From: an uncultured cyanobacterium
GTDB taxonomy: Bacteria; Cyanobacteriota; Cyanobacteriia; Cyanobacteriales; Microcystaceae
Direction: 5' to 3'
DNA: 58,738 bases
NCBI GenBank assembly: GCA_963807635.1
Contig: CAWEDJ010000005.1
Span: 1 to 58,738, forward strand
In this document: piece after piece, positions 42,933 to 53,142 of the stretch
Layout: each line of letters starts with the position of its first letter
How positions within the stretch are numbered: position 1 is the first letter of the stretch
The notes under the pieces: generated by a model
Told to the model about the DNA's origin: nothing
Seen by the model: the letters and a program-made list of their open reading frames with translations, nothing else
The model's database searches: none
Translations under genes and position numbers: made by a program

Positions 42933-43928
42933 TCACTGTGAACTTAATTGATCAATTATTTGATTACCAGAGTCTAGAGCTATCTGAATTGCTTCCTTTA
43001 AATCCTTTAATTTCATAGCATTTATTTTTTTACTATTGATTAGTACTATTGCATCCTGTTCTGTAACGTATTTTTCAGACCAAGCTGGTGGATGCATAGT
43101 TCCAAAACAGAGAATTCCATTTCCGTATTTGGGTTTTGCTTCAAGGGGTTGAACCTTTGCTTTCAATACAAGTAAATCCCTACATTTCTCCTCGATACTA
43201 TCTAACCTTCCATAAAAATTTTGAATGTACTGCATTAGTTCGCCATTAATACTTTGAGTGAGAAGTGTTCGGGATGGTATATCTTCCCATACACCGCGAT
43301 TCTCTTTTAAGCATGATTGCCACTTCTCAGACAGATAACTTTGCTTGTTGTGATCAAGAAGTTCCTGAAGTAATTTGCAGTCCTGCCGGATATCTAAAGA
43401 GAGAAGATATCGGGTTGATGCGGCTTTCTCTACCTCTATTCCTTGACGATTTGCAAAGATTTGCCCCCATTCTGAATAATACTTCTTAAGCAAATCATGA
43501 TTGTTTGAATGAGCTAAATCACTGCAAAGATCCTCCCAAAAAACTACATGGACTGTGAATTTATTTTCCGACTTGCGTTCATCGTTCAAAATACGAATAA
43601 AATCTTGAATTTTTGTATCTCTTGATTCTGTAGTTGCAACTAAATATTCACTGATTGGTGATGGGAAGGAATCTGCTTTTTCAAGCTCTGCTACAATCCT
43701 TTGTACGTTTAGCTTCTTTTCTCCATAACGTTTACATTGAATGGCAATGTAATTTTTAGAGCTATTCTGTTGACCGTATATATCAACACCATTCTGAGCT
43801 TGACCACTTCTACCATATCGCTGAGTATGAGAGTCTTGCCATTTTCGTGTATAAACTTCCCACACAATATCCTCGAACTCATCCCAAGATTTAGGCTTAG
43901 GCAGATCGCTTGTTGAGGGTATAGGCAT
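42933..43928 (-). CDS. PD-(D/E)XK (Mrr-like) nuclease domain + unknown C-terminal domain
   Basis: PKPKSWDEFE, YGRSGQAQNGVDIY, IAIQCK, ATT, FWEDL. Confidence 0.75.
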   Translation of the reverse strand: MPIPSTSDLPKPKSWDEFEDIVWEVYTRKWQDSHTQRYGRSGQAQNGVDIYGQQNSSKNYIAIQCKRYGEKKLNVQRIVAELEKADSFPSPISEYLVATTESRDTKIQDFIRILNDERKSENKFTVHVVFWEDLCSDLAHSNNHDLLKKYYSEWGQIFANRQGIEVEKAASTRYLLSLDIRQDCKLLQELLDHNKQSYLSEKWQSCLKENRGVWEDIPSRTLLTQSINGELMQYIQNFYGRLDSIEEKCRDLLVLKAKVQPLEAKPKYGNGILCFGTMHPPAWSEKYVTEQDAIVLINSKKINAMKLKDLKEAIQIALDSGNQIIDQLSSQ

Positions 43929-44120
43929 AGCTGTATGTGAGTACTTTAGTTAGGTATATCGCAGAGATAATACAGATGGATTATGAACAATTCTAAAACA
44001 CTTCAAAAATATTGGGCATACACTTTTACCGACGGTCGCAACATCACATCTTAAACCCGCACACTAACAGTCAATCTTCAGGCAAACTCCCAATAGATAA
44101 CTCAGGGGGCTAACTATAAA

Positions 44121-44251
44121 TTATACGGAAACTTTCCATATATTACCCCAAATAAGGAACTTAATTAAGAATCTTTCCGTATAACACTCCCAAATAGCCT
44201 GATCGCAAGAAATTTTCCGTACAATATTCCAAAAAGTGTGTTATGCCAATT
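44121..44251. repeat. Three ~30-bp imperfect direct repeats at 40-41 bp period plus one inverted copy
   Basis: TTTCCATATATTACCCCAAATA (44133), TTTCCGTATAACACTCCCAAATA (44174), TTTCCGTACAATATTCCAAAAA (44214); inverted TTATACGGAAA (44121). Confidence 0.75.
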
Positions 44252-44487
44252 CGCGTACTCTGTCATGAACTCATGTTTTTGACTTTGACAAGAGTGCGAA
44301 AGATCCGTGACACTGATTTTTGATCAGCAAAATAAGCAAACAAGCCGAAAAAAGCAGGACTAAATTCGTGATAGGATTAAAAATCGGACTATCGAGCTAA
44401 CCTAGCCTTTTATTTCATCGGGCGAAAGACGACCGAAAGTTGAGCAACCCTAACTCGTTTTGTCTCTAACCTTTGTGTACAGGAACC

Positions 44488-45006
44488 ATGAAACATACAT
44501 TGTCTGTTTTAGTAGAAGATGAAGCGGGCGTTTTAACGCGAATTGCAGGATTATTTGCCCGTCGGGGCTACAATATCGAGAGTTTAGCCGTTGGCCCTGC
44601 CGAACAAGCAGGGGTATCTCGCATTACGATGGTTGTGCCTGGAGATGACGACACCATTGAACAGTTGACCAAGCAACTCTACAAACTGATTAATGTCCTA
44701 AAAGTTCAGGATATTACCCAGATTCCCTGCGTTGAACGGGAATTAATGCTGGTAAAGGTCAATGCCTCGACCGCAAATCGAGCAGAAGTGATTGAACTCG
44801 TACAGGTCTTTCGGGCCAGAATTGTAGATATCTCTGAAGAAACCGTCACCGTTGAAGCGGTGGGAGATCCAGGCAAAATGGTCGCGATTATTCAGATGCT
44901 TAATCGATTTGGGATTCGGGAAATTTCACGGACGGGAAAAATTGCCCTGATTCGCGAGTCTGGGGTGAATACGGAATATCTCAAATTACTAGAAGCCAAA
45001 GTTTAA
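44488..45006 (+). CDS. ilvN: Acetolactate synthase small subunit
   Basis: [36 protein letters not shown]. Confidence 0.97.
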   Translation: MKHTLSVLVEDEAGVLTRIAGLFARRGYNIESLAVGPAEQAGVSRITMVVPGDDDTIEQLTKQLYKLINVLKVQDITQIPCVERELMLVKVNASTANRAEVIELVQVFRARIVDISEETVTVEAVGDPGKMVAIIQMLNRFGIREISRTGKIALIRESGVNTEYLKLLEAKV

Positions 45007-45196
45007 GTTTTTTCATAGAACTTCCTGTGCCAACTGACGGTCTGGTTAGTAGCCGCTTTTGTCATCGTTGGGGAAAGGCTACAATCGGACAATCGAACCT
45101 AAGATAGTCGCGATCGCCTTCCCTGGGAACTAAACTGAGAATTCCTAGAAATTGGCATCATAGATTGCTTAGGATTATTATTTAAGGAAAATAACT

Positions 45197-45715
45197 ATGC
45201 TTAAACCCGTTTTATTGAGTGGATTAGTCGGTCTTTCGATAGTTTCTTTCGCGATCGCCGCCCAAGCCCAATCTCAAGTTCAGATTTACCAAGCCCAGGT
45301 TCAATCAACCGCATCCTCCAGTATTCCCGCCTTGGAGTTACAGCAATTTGTGCAGGTACAAAAACGATGGAAAAACATTGAACAACAGTCCCAAGGTCTA
45401 ATGGTGCAGGCAATTAAGTCGGAAGGATTAACGCCAGAACGATTTATGGTAATTTTGAAACAAAAACAATCTCCAACGCCCTCCGATGAGCCACTTTCGA
45501 CCGACGATAATACAAAATTCGAGAAAATCATTGCTAAATTCCAGAAAATCGAGGAAGAGTCTATTCCTAAAAAAGAAAAAGCCATTATCTCCCAGGGCTT
45601 AGATATACAACGATTTGGGCAAATTCAACGCACTATTCAACAAGATCCTGCTCTCCAGGAAAAAGTCAAGGCAATGTTAGGAGAAGATGCTCAACAACCA
45701 GCTAAACAACCATAG
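45197..45715 (+). CDS. DUF4168-like secreted protein
   Basis: Signal peptide; duplicated AIxxxGLxxxRF motif; DPALQEKV. Confidence 0.75.
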   Translation: MLKPVLLSGLVGLSIVSFAIAAQAQSQVQIYQAQVQSTASSSIPALELQQFVQVQKRWKNIEQQSQGLMVQAIKSEGLTPERFMVILKQKQSPTPSDEPLSTDDNTKFEKIIAKFQKIEEESIPKKEKAIISQGLDIQRFGQIQRTIQQDPALQEKVKAMLGEDAQQPAKQP

Positions 45716-45763
45716 GATAAGCTAATTTTAATAAATCATTTAAAAAGATTGAGATGAATAGTA

Positions 45764-45877
45764 ATGGAACCGAATAGTTCTTTAGATTGGATGTTAGGCG
45801 GTTTGGCTTTTTTGATTTTGTTTAGTGGGCTAGTGATGCTACTGAATGGAGTTCGGAAAATGGGCGATAAGTTTTAA
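45764..45877 (+). CDS. 37-aa single-TM small protein (not in the ORF track)
   Basis: MEPNSSLDWMLGGLAFLILFSGLVMLLNGVRKMGDKF; fills the gap between co-oriented genes. Confidence 0.6.
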   Translation: MEPNSSLDWMLGGLAFLILFSGLVMLLNGVRKMGDKF

Positions 45878-45890
45878 ACTCGTTTTTTTA

Positions 45891-46370
45891 ATGCAATCAT
45901 TCTCCATTTTGATCATTGGTTACGGGAATAACCTACGCAGTGATGACGGTGTAGGACGGTATCTGGCAGAAATGATTGATCAACAGCAATTGCCCTTAGT
46001 GAAGACTCTTTCTGTTCATCAATTAACGCCAGAGTTAGTGTTAGAAATTACCGAATCCAAAGCCGTCATTTTTATCGATGCGATGATCGCTTTTCCCCCC
46101 TTTGAAATTAGCCTCCAATCCCTAGAAGCAACTCAGGATAAAACCCGTTTGGGCCATACCAGTAATCCTGAACAGTTACTTTCTTTATGTAAAAATCTAT
46201 ATCATAAATTCCCTTCCGCTTGGTTATTGACGATTCCAACTCATAACTTTGAATTTGGAGAAACATTTTCCGCTCTTACCCAAAATGCGATCGCTCCTGC
46301 CCTGATTATCTTGACTCAACTCATCAAAATTCTCTCTCTAAAATTCTATGCTCCTGTCGAAAATCAATGA
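45891..46370 (+). CDS. hoxW: Hydrogenase maturation protease
   Basis: IIGYGNNLRSDDGVG, VHQLTPEL, FIDA. Confidence 0.88.
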   Translation: MQSFSILIIGYGNNLRSDDGVGRYLAEMIDQQQLPLVKTLSVHQLTPELVLEITESKAVIFIDAMIAFPPFEISLQSLEATQDKTRLGHTSNPEQLLSLCKNLYHKFPSAWLLTIPTHNFEFGETFSALTQNAIAPALIILTQLIKILSLKFYAPVENQ

Positions 46371-47664
46371 ATCTCACTATTGGTTAAAAAATGCCCATAT
46401 TCCTGTTTGTTTACTTGATCAAACTCAATTTGTCGCTGAAACTAGGGAAGGATTGAGTAATGTTGACCTAGAAATTAGGTTAGGAATTATTCAACAGGTT
46501 ATTAAACATACTAAAACCCAGCCCGATATTCCCTTTATTGACCTAGAAAAAAAGATTATTTTTCCTGGATTTGTTGACATTCACACTCATTTAGATAAAG
46601 GTCATATCTGGGAGCGATTGCCGAATCTAGAAGGAACCTTTGACTCTGCCCTAAAGACTATTGTTAAAGATGTCGAAAAATATTATCAAGCTGATGATGT
46701 TTATCGTCGGATGGAGTTTGGACTAAAGTGTAGTTACGCTCACGGAACGATTGCACTGAGAACTCATTTAGATGCCTTTGGAACTCAAGGAGATATGGCC
46801 TTTGAGATTTTTCAAAGCTTACAAAAAGAATGGCAAGATAAAATAAATTTACAGGCAGTTTGTCTTGTTAGTTTGGATTATTTTCAGACTACTGAAGGCG
46901 TTAAACTTGCGGATAAAATGGCCGCAGTGGGAACAGTTTTAGGCGGATTTGCCCCTAATCATCAAGACTTAGACAATCAATTAGACAGGATTTTTCAACT
47001 AGCAAAAGAACGATGTCTAGATTTGGATTTTCACGTTGATGAAAATGGCGATCAAAACTCTAACTCTTTACGCAAAGTTGCAGAAGCCGCACTCAGAAAT
47101 CAATTTACAGGCTCTATTATTTGTGGACATTGTTGTAGTTTAGCGGTTCAACCCTTAGAAATTGTTCAGCAAACTTTGGCTCTGGTAAAGGAAGCAAATA
47201 TTGGCATTATTAGTTTGCCCATGTGTAATTTATTTTTGCAGGATCGGCAACAAAATCGTACTCCGCTTTGGCGAGGAATTACTAGAGTTCATGAGTTAAA
47301 AGAAGCGGGCATTCCTGTCAGCTTTGCCAGTGATAATTGTCGCGATCCGTTCTTTGGTTTTGGTGATCATGACGGTTTAGAAGTATTGAATCAATCGATT
47401 AGAATTGCCCATTTAGATACTCCCTATGGAGATTGGTGTAGTAGCGTCACAAAAACTCCTGCTGAGTTGATGAATTTACCGAATTTAGGCAGAATTGAAA
47501 CGGGATTAGTTGCCGACCTAATTATTTTTAAAGCTCGTTATTTTAGTGAATTATTTTCTCGTCCCCAAAGCGATCGCGTTGTTATTCGTAACGGCAAACA
47601 AATTGAGATTAATTTGCCAGAATATAGTGAACTAGATGATTTAGTCCAGATTCAATCTCATTAA
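46348..47664 (+). CDS. codA: Cytosine deaminase (amidohydrolase family)
   Basis: DIHTHLDK, RTHLD, DFHVDE, GHCCSL, SDNCRDPF. Confidence 0.9.
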   Translation: MLLSKINESHYWLKNAHIPVCLLDQTQFVAETREGLSNVDLEIRLGIIQQVIKHTKTQPDIPFIDLEKKIIFPGFVDIHTHLDKGHIWERLPNLEGTFDSALKTIVKDVEKYYQADDVYRRMEFGLKCSYAHGTIALRTHLDAFGTQGDMAFEIFQSLQKEWQDKINLQAVCLVSLDYFQTTEGVKLADKMAAVGTVLGGFAPNHQDLDNQLDRIFQLAKERCLDLDFHVDENGDQNSNSLRKVAEAALRNQFTGSIICGHCCSLAVQPLEIVQQTLALVKEANIGIISLPMCNLFLQDRQQNRTPLWRGITRVHELKEAGIPVSFASDNCRDPFFGFGDHDGLEVLNQSIRIAHLDTPYGDWCSSVTKTPAELMNLPNLGRIETGLVADLIIFKARYFSELFSRPQSDRVVIRNGKQIEINLPEYSELDDLVQIQSH

Positions 47665-47676
47665 TTCACAAGCAAT

Positions 47677-48252
47677 TTACCAAATTGGTATTAAATCAAG
47701 TATAAAATTTGGCAATATATTTTCTCCTGATAGGTTTGTCGGATTTTCTAATATTTCAACTTCCTGACCTTGACGGTAAATTTCAACTTTTTTATCTTGG
47801 CGATTAATTAACCAGCCTAATTGACTACCGTTTTCGAGATATTCTCGCATTTTATCCTGTAGAGATTTTAAACTATCACTTTTGGAGCGTAATTCTAGGA
47901 CAAAATCAGGACAAAGGGGAACAAATCCTTGACGTTCTTCTAGAGTGAGATGATTCCATTTTTCTAACGGAATCCAAGCTGAATCAGGCGATCTATCTGC
48001 ACCGTTAGGCAGTTTAAATCCTGTTGAAGAATCAAAAACTTTACCAAGTTGATGCCGTTTATTCCAAGATCTAAGTTGGTAATTAATTTCGGAATTTCGT
48101 TCTCCTGTTTCTCCGCCTGTAGGGGACATGATAATTAAATCTCCTTGACAATTTCTCTCAAAACATAAATCACGATTGTTTTGACATAATTCATAAAATT
48201 GGTCGTCAGATAATTGTAAAGGATCGAGTTTAACAGTTAGAGGACTCATCAT
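47677..48252 (-). CDS. Uma2 family endonuclease
   Basis: FDSSTGFKLPNGADRSPD, CPDFVLELRS, LGWLI. Confidence 0.92.
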   Translation of the reverse strand: MMSPLTVKLDPLQLSDDQFYELCQNNRDLCFERNCQGDLIIMSPTGGETGERNSEINYQLRSWNKRHQLGKVFDSSTGFKLPNGADRSPDSAWIPLEKWNHLTLEERQGFVPLCPDFVLELRSKSDSLKSLQDKMREYLENGSQLGWLINRQDKKVEIYRQGQEVEILENPTNLSGENILPNFILDLIPIW

Positions 48253-48332
48253 CTCTCTTCTCTTTCATTCTATTAGGGTCATTAACTTAAATTTAGCACA
48301 AAGTTTTAATCACATACATTACAGGAATTTAA

Positions 48333-49328
48333 TTACTCTAAAAAAATCGTTTTGTCTTGTTTTGAGGACTGATAGGCGGCTTCTGCTACCTGAAGGGCAT
48401 ATAAACTGGCTTCGGGTTGAACATAAAGCGGTGAACCATTAAAGAGATGATCCAATACTTTTTGGGTATCAAGGGTAAATAATCCGCGACGACTTCCTAC
48501 TTCTAAATCGGTCATTTCTTCACCTCGAATGAGTTTACCTTGTTCTCCATCAAAACTTAAAGTTCCCTGGTCTCCGTGCAACACAAAACTGCGATCACCT
48601 TGCCAACAAATTTCTCCCTTAGCGTAAACCGTATCAGCCATTAAGCCGTTTTGAAATTGCAATTGAGCATTACAAAAACACGCTCGAAAATATCCTGCCT
48701 CTGGTGCATCCCAAAAACGCGATTGACAGGTAACAGAAGTCACTGGGCCAAATAAATCTGTAAAGCGATGGAGACGAGAAAGAGCCGCAATTAGGGGAAA
48801 ACCAAAACTTTCTAAGTGATACGTCCAACGTTGAGGAGCAGGATTTTGGGGCATAATTGTTGCGTAACGGGCATAAAAAACTTCACCAATTTCAGGTAAA
48901 TAGCGACGCAATGCCTGATGAACTCCTCCTAACAGTTCAATATGCTCAATATGAAGTAATTTATTTTGTTTTTTAGCAAGTTCTAATAACCCTTTTCCGA
49001 TAACATAATCTAGGGCGAGAGGATATTCAACAATAACGTGTTTACCTGATTGCAGAGCGGCTTGGGCAATTAAAGCATGATCTCGATTAATCGTTCCAAT
49101 AATCACTAAATCTAGATCGGAATGATTGACTAATTGTTGCCAGGAAGTTAAGGAATTAATACCAAAAGTTTGACAAAATTCGTCGGTACGTTCGGGCGTA
49201 TTGCCTGTCACAAAACAGAGTTGACTGCGTTCATCGGCTTGGATCGCTTCTGCTCGACGTTTCGCGGTATAACCTGTGCCAACAATGCCAACTTTAAGGG
49301 GAGCGGTTATAGAAAAAGATTGGGTCAT
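48333..49328 (-). CDS. bvdR: Biliverdin reductase (Gfo/Idh/MocA family)
   Basis: KVGIVGTGY, GKHVIVEYPLAL, HIEHIELLGGVHQ, ALSRLHR; matches cyanobacterial BvdR as I recall it. Confidence 0.85.
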   Translation of the reverse strand: MTQSFSITAPLKVGIVGTGYTAKRRAEAIQADERSQLCFVTGNTPERTDEFCQTFGINSLTSWQQLVNHSDLDLVIIGTINRDHALIAQAALQSGKHVIVEYPLALDYVIGKGLLELAKKQNKLLHIEHIELLGGVHQALRRYLPEIGEVFYARYATIMPQNPAPQRWTYHLESFGFPLIAALSRLHRFTDLFGPVTSVTCQSRFWDAPEAGYFRACFCNAQLQFQNGLMADTVYAKGEICWQGDRSFVLHGDQGTLSFDGEQGKLIRGEEMTDLEVGSRRGLFTLDTQKVLDHLFNGSPLYVQPEASLYALQVAEAAYQSSKQDKTIFLE

Positions 49329-49464
49329 GGTATTGTGTGTTTTTAAAGATTGAACTTGAAATTAGAATATTACCGTATTGGGAGAGGGAATGGATTTTGA
49401 TCAGATTATAAGTTTATAATAAAAGTCTAGCCTATGAGTTGTTGTTAAATTTTCTCAATTAATT

Positions 49465-50817
49465 ATGTTAAAAAAGTTAATTTTGGAAAATTGGAAAAGT
49501 TTTCGCTATGCCGAGCTTTATTTTGATCCGTTAACGGTTTTGATCGGCACGAATGCGAGCGGTAAGTCTAATGTAGTGGAAGCGTTGGAATTTTTACGAC
49601 GGATGGCGACAGGGGAAACGGTTGATGTGGCCTTAAACGGCGATCGCACTCTTCCTCCAATTCGAGGTGGTTCACAAGGGGCTGTATTGAATTTTGAGGA
49701 AAACTTTGCTTTAAGAATTGTTTTACAAGAAGAAGGTAATGAAACTAATTTTTTATATGATATTAAAATTAATCCACAATTGAAATCTACGCAAATCATA
49801 TCGGAATCAATCGAGGTAAAATCTAAAAATGTCAGTTTTGATAGAAAACTAAACACTGATAATCAGCCATATTCAAAGATAAGTACTTTTGAAAACAATA
49901 ATCATTATTGTAACTTGGTTGATTTTGAAGCGTTTAAACCTGATTTTGACTTTAAAACTTTTGAAGAATATATAAATAATGCTTTTGATATTATTGATAG
50001 AGAAAAATATAATAAAAATACGGAATATAAACAAGATGCAGATTTTCTGTTTGAGAGTATGTATAAAAGTATGTATAAAAAGGAAGAAAAAGAATATAAA
50101 GAAGTAAATTTCTTACAACAAATATTACCAGTAATCAACACTACTTTCAAAGAAATTTTAATTCTCAATCCTCTTCCCTCACAAATGCGAAATTTTTCTC
50201 GATTATCCGAAATCTTTGAACATGATGGATCTAATATTGCAGGCATTTTAGCGGCTTTACCCGATGAGAAAAAATTAGAAGTTGAATCGAATTTATCTCA
50301 CTACTTACACCATTTTCCTGAAGGTGATATTAAAAAAATTTGGGCAGAAAAAATTGGTAGATTAGGAACTGATGCTATGCTTTATTGTCAAGAAGAATGG
50401 CAACCTGGACAAATAACCGAAATTGATGCCAGAAGTATGTCCGATGGAACTTTACGATTTATTGGAATTTTAACGGCTCTGTTAACTCGACCTGAAGGTA
50501 GTTTAATTGTTATTGAAGAAATTGATAATGGCTTGCATCCTTCTCGCGCTGAATTATTAGTTAAAACTTTGCGAGAAATTGGGACTAAACGAAATATTGA
50601 TTTGTTGATAACAACCCATAATCCCGCTTTATTGGATGCCTTGGGGCCAGAGATTATTCCCTTTGTCGTGGTTGCCCATCGAGATTCAGAAACAGGTGAG
50701 AGCAAATTAACCCAATTAGAAGATATTGAAAATTTACCTAAATTACTGGCTTCTGGATCCTTAGGAAAATTAGCAACAAAAGGTTCGATAGAAAAATCGT
50801 TGGCTGAGTCTGTTTAA
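49465..50817 (+). CDS. ABC-type ATPase (AAA_21 family)
   Basis: ENWKSF, Walker A GTNASGKSN, signature MSDGT, Walker B IVIEEIDNGLHP, ITTHNP. Confidence 0.9.
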   Translation: MLKKLILENWKSFRYAELYFDPLTVLIGTNASGKSNVVEALEFLRRMATGETVDVALNGDRTLPPIRGGSQGAVLNFEENFALRIVLQEEGNETNFLYDIKINPQLKSTQIISESIEVKSKNVSFDRKLNTDNQPYSKISTFENNNHYCNLVDFEAFKPDFDFKTFEEYINNAFDIIDREKYNKNTEYKQDADFLFESMYKSMYKKEEKEYKEVNFLQQILPVINTTFKEILILNPLPSQMRNFSRLSEIFEHDGSNIAGILAALPDEKKLEVESNLSHYLHHFPEGDIKKIWAEKIGRLGTDAMLYCQEEWQPGQITEIDARSMSDGTLRFIGILTALLTRPEGSLIVIEEIDNGLHPSRAELLVKTLREIGTKRNIDLLITTHNPALLDALGPEIIPFVVVAHRDSETGESKLTQLEDIENLPKLLASGSLGKLATKGSIEKSLAESV

Positions 50818-50824
50818 ATTTTTT

Positions 50825-51334
50825 ATGAGAAAAGTTTTGATATTTGATACTTCTATTCTTTGCGTTTATCTACAAGTTCCAAACATGGAAACGGCGGGTT
50901 CTGATCACGATAAATGGGATAAAAAACGAGTCGATCAAGTCATTGAAGAAGCAGAAAAAGCAAATACAACTTTTGTCTTACCCCTAGCCAGTATTATTGA
51001 GACAGGAAACCATATTTCTCAGATTAAAGGAAAACGATATGATATTGCTCAAATTTTTGCTGAATTAATGCGAAAAGCGGCTGATATTGAAACTCCTTGG
51101 GCGGCATTTACGGAACAAGCTGAATTTTGGGAATCAGAGGGATTAAAACAACTCGCAGAAGATTGGTTAAAAAACGTGACGGAGAAATTATCTTTAGGGG
51201 ATATTTCGATTAAAAATGTCGCAGAATATTATGCCAAAAGTGGTTTTCAGGTAGAAATTTTTACGGGAGATGCGGGCTTAAAAGCCTATGAACCCAGTAT
51301 TCCGATCGCCATTCCCCGAAGAAGACAACGTTGA
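50825..51334 (+). CDS. PIN-like domain protein paired with the ATPase
   Basis: LIFDTSIL, IIETGNH, SLGD, FTGD: acidic residues in PIN-like spacing. Confidence 0.65.
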   Translation: MRKVLIFDTSILCVYLQVPNMETAGSDHDKWDKKRVDQVIEEAEKANTTFVLPLASIIETGNHISQIKGKRYDIAQIFAELMRKAADIETPWAAFTEQAEFWESEGLKQLAEDWLKNVTEKLSLGDISIKNVAEYYAKSGFQVEIFTGDAGLKAYEPSIPIAIPRRRQR

Positions 51335-51403
51335 GTTTTTCTGTTTTTTCCTAGACAGTATTTAATCCGTCGGACAAGAGGCGATCGCGGTTTATCGGTA
51401 TTC

Positions 51404-51446
51404 AAAAAAAAAGAGAGAGAACTATCGACAAGATAATTTCCCTCTC
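51404..51446 (-). terminator. Rho-independent terminator of amt
   Basis: Minus strand GAGAGGGAAATTATC-TTGTC-GATAGTTCTCTCTC-T9. Confidence 0.8.
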
Positions 51447-51474
51447 AAACTTAAATTAATTCGGTAGTCGCTAA

Positions 51475-53014
51475 TTATTCCATAGAACCACTACCCATAA
51501 AAGAATCCACATCTTTGGTAAAGCCAGCATAGGCTTCCATACCGTGTTCACCGATATCTAAACCCATTTGTTCCTCGTGTTTTGAAACTCGAATACCCAG
51601 GGTCTGTTTCAACACTAGCCACAACGCAACGCTAAAAGCGACGGTAAAAGCACCCACTGCAACAATACCGATAAGCTGATTAATGATTTGGGTAAATCCT
51701 CCACCATAGAAAAGTCCTTTTTCCATATTAAAAAGACCGACTGCTAAGGTTCCCCAGACTCCATTGATTAAGTGGACGGAAAGCGCACCAACAGGATCAT
51801 CAATTTTCAAACTATCAAAGAAGGCAACGGCATAGACGACTAAAATACCGCCGATACTGCCAATAATAAAGGCTCCCCAGTAAGAAATGCCATCACAACC
51901 TGCGGTAACAGCAACTAGACCTGCCAGAACACCATTGATCACCATACTGAGGTCAGGCTTACCATCTTTGAACCAAGAGGTAAACGTTGCCGTAATTCCC
52001 CCTGCGGCTCCTCCTAGACAGGTGGTTACCGCAATATAAGCACAAGCTTTATCGGCGGCTAATTGGGAACCAGGGTTAAACCCAAACCAACCAACCCACA
52101 AAATTAAACAACCCAATGTTGCCATACTGAGATTATGGCCAGGAATGGCACCAGGACGACCTTCTACAAATTTACCAAGACGGGGCCAGAATATAGGCTC
52201 CCACCAGAGCGGCCCAACCGCCGACGGAATGGACTACCGTTGAACCTGCAAAATCTTTGAACCCTAAGCCTGTTAACCATCCAGAGCTAGACCAGACCCA
52301 ATGACCCGTGATGGGGTAAGCGATCGCAACGAGAATAATACTAAAAATGAGAAAGTCAATCAATTTAATCCTTTCTGCAACGGCTCCAGAAACGATAGTT
52401 GCGGCTGTCCCAGCAAAAGCAACTTGAAAGAGAAAAAAGACGGGAACGGGCAAACCTTCAGGGAAGGGATTCAATCCATAGGTTTCGGATTCACCAGAGA
52501 GAAACCAACCGCCGAAACCAATAAATGGATTTCCCGAATTCCCAAACATCAGAGAAAAACCGATCGCCCAAAAAGCCACCGTTGCTAGAGCAAAGACAAT
52601 GAGGTTTTTAGTGAGAATGTTCACCGCATTTTTCTGGCGACACAGGCCAGCCTCTAACATGGCAAAGCCCGCATTCATGAAAATAACAAGGATTGAGGCG
52701 ATCAAAATCCAAATGGTATTTAAATTTCCCTGGAGGATCGCCATATTGGTGTTGACGGTTTCAACGGCGACTTCCACCACCTCTGTCCCCTGGGCGGAAA
52801 CAGCCGTATTCCACACAATGACGATCAGAGCGGTTAGGGGGATACAACCAAACCAATAGGGAGAGCAAAAACGACTAATCGTACCCCAGATACTTAAACT
52901 GTTATCAACGGCAGAAGAATCGGCGATCGCGGGTGAAGAGTTACGATAGGAAGCATCGATTGTCGTTCGATTAATCGTTTTTTTCGACACTGTGTTTGCA
53001 TTCATCTTGATCAT
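51475..53014 (-). CDS. amt1: Ammonium transporter (frameshift at ~52185)
   Basis: [47 protein letters not shown]. Confidence 0.92.
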
Positions 53015-53142
53015 GTGTACTTCGTATTTAACTTGATAGATACATTAATTTAGCCATTGAGTCTATTCAATGGTTTGTGGGCATAGGGTTGATTAATCTC
53101 ATGACACAAGAGACAGTGTTAAGTTTTTCTAAGTTTCTTGCT

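Noticed and set aside
44121..44251. Repeat array as a mini-CRISPR
   Set aside because: The period is only 40-41 bp with ~10-bp gaps, the repeats are degenerate, one copy is inverted, and there are no cas genes.
45891..46370. hoxW without hox structural genes
   Set aside because: hoxW is often unlinked from the hox operon in cyanobacteria.
3649..48252. Four Uma2 endonuclease genes as a system
   Set aside because: They are dispersed, divergent paralogues, and expansion of this family is normal in cyanobacteria.
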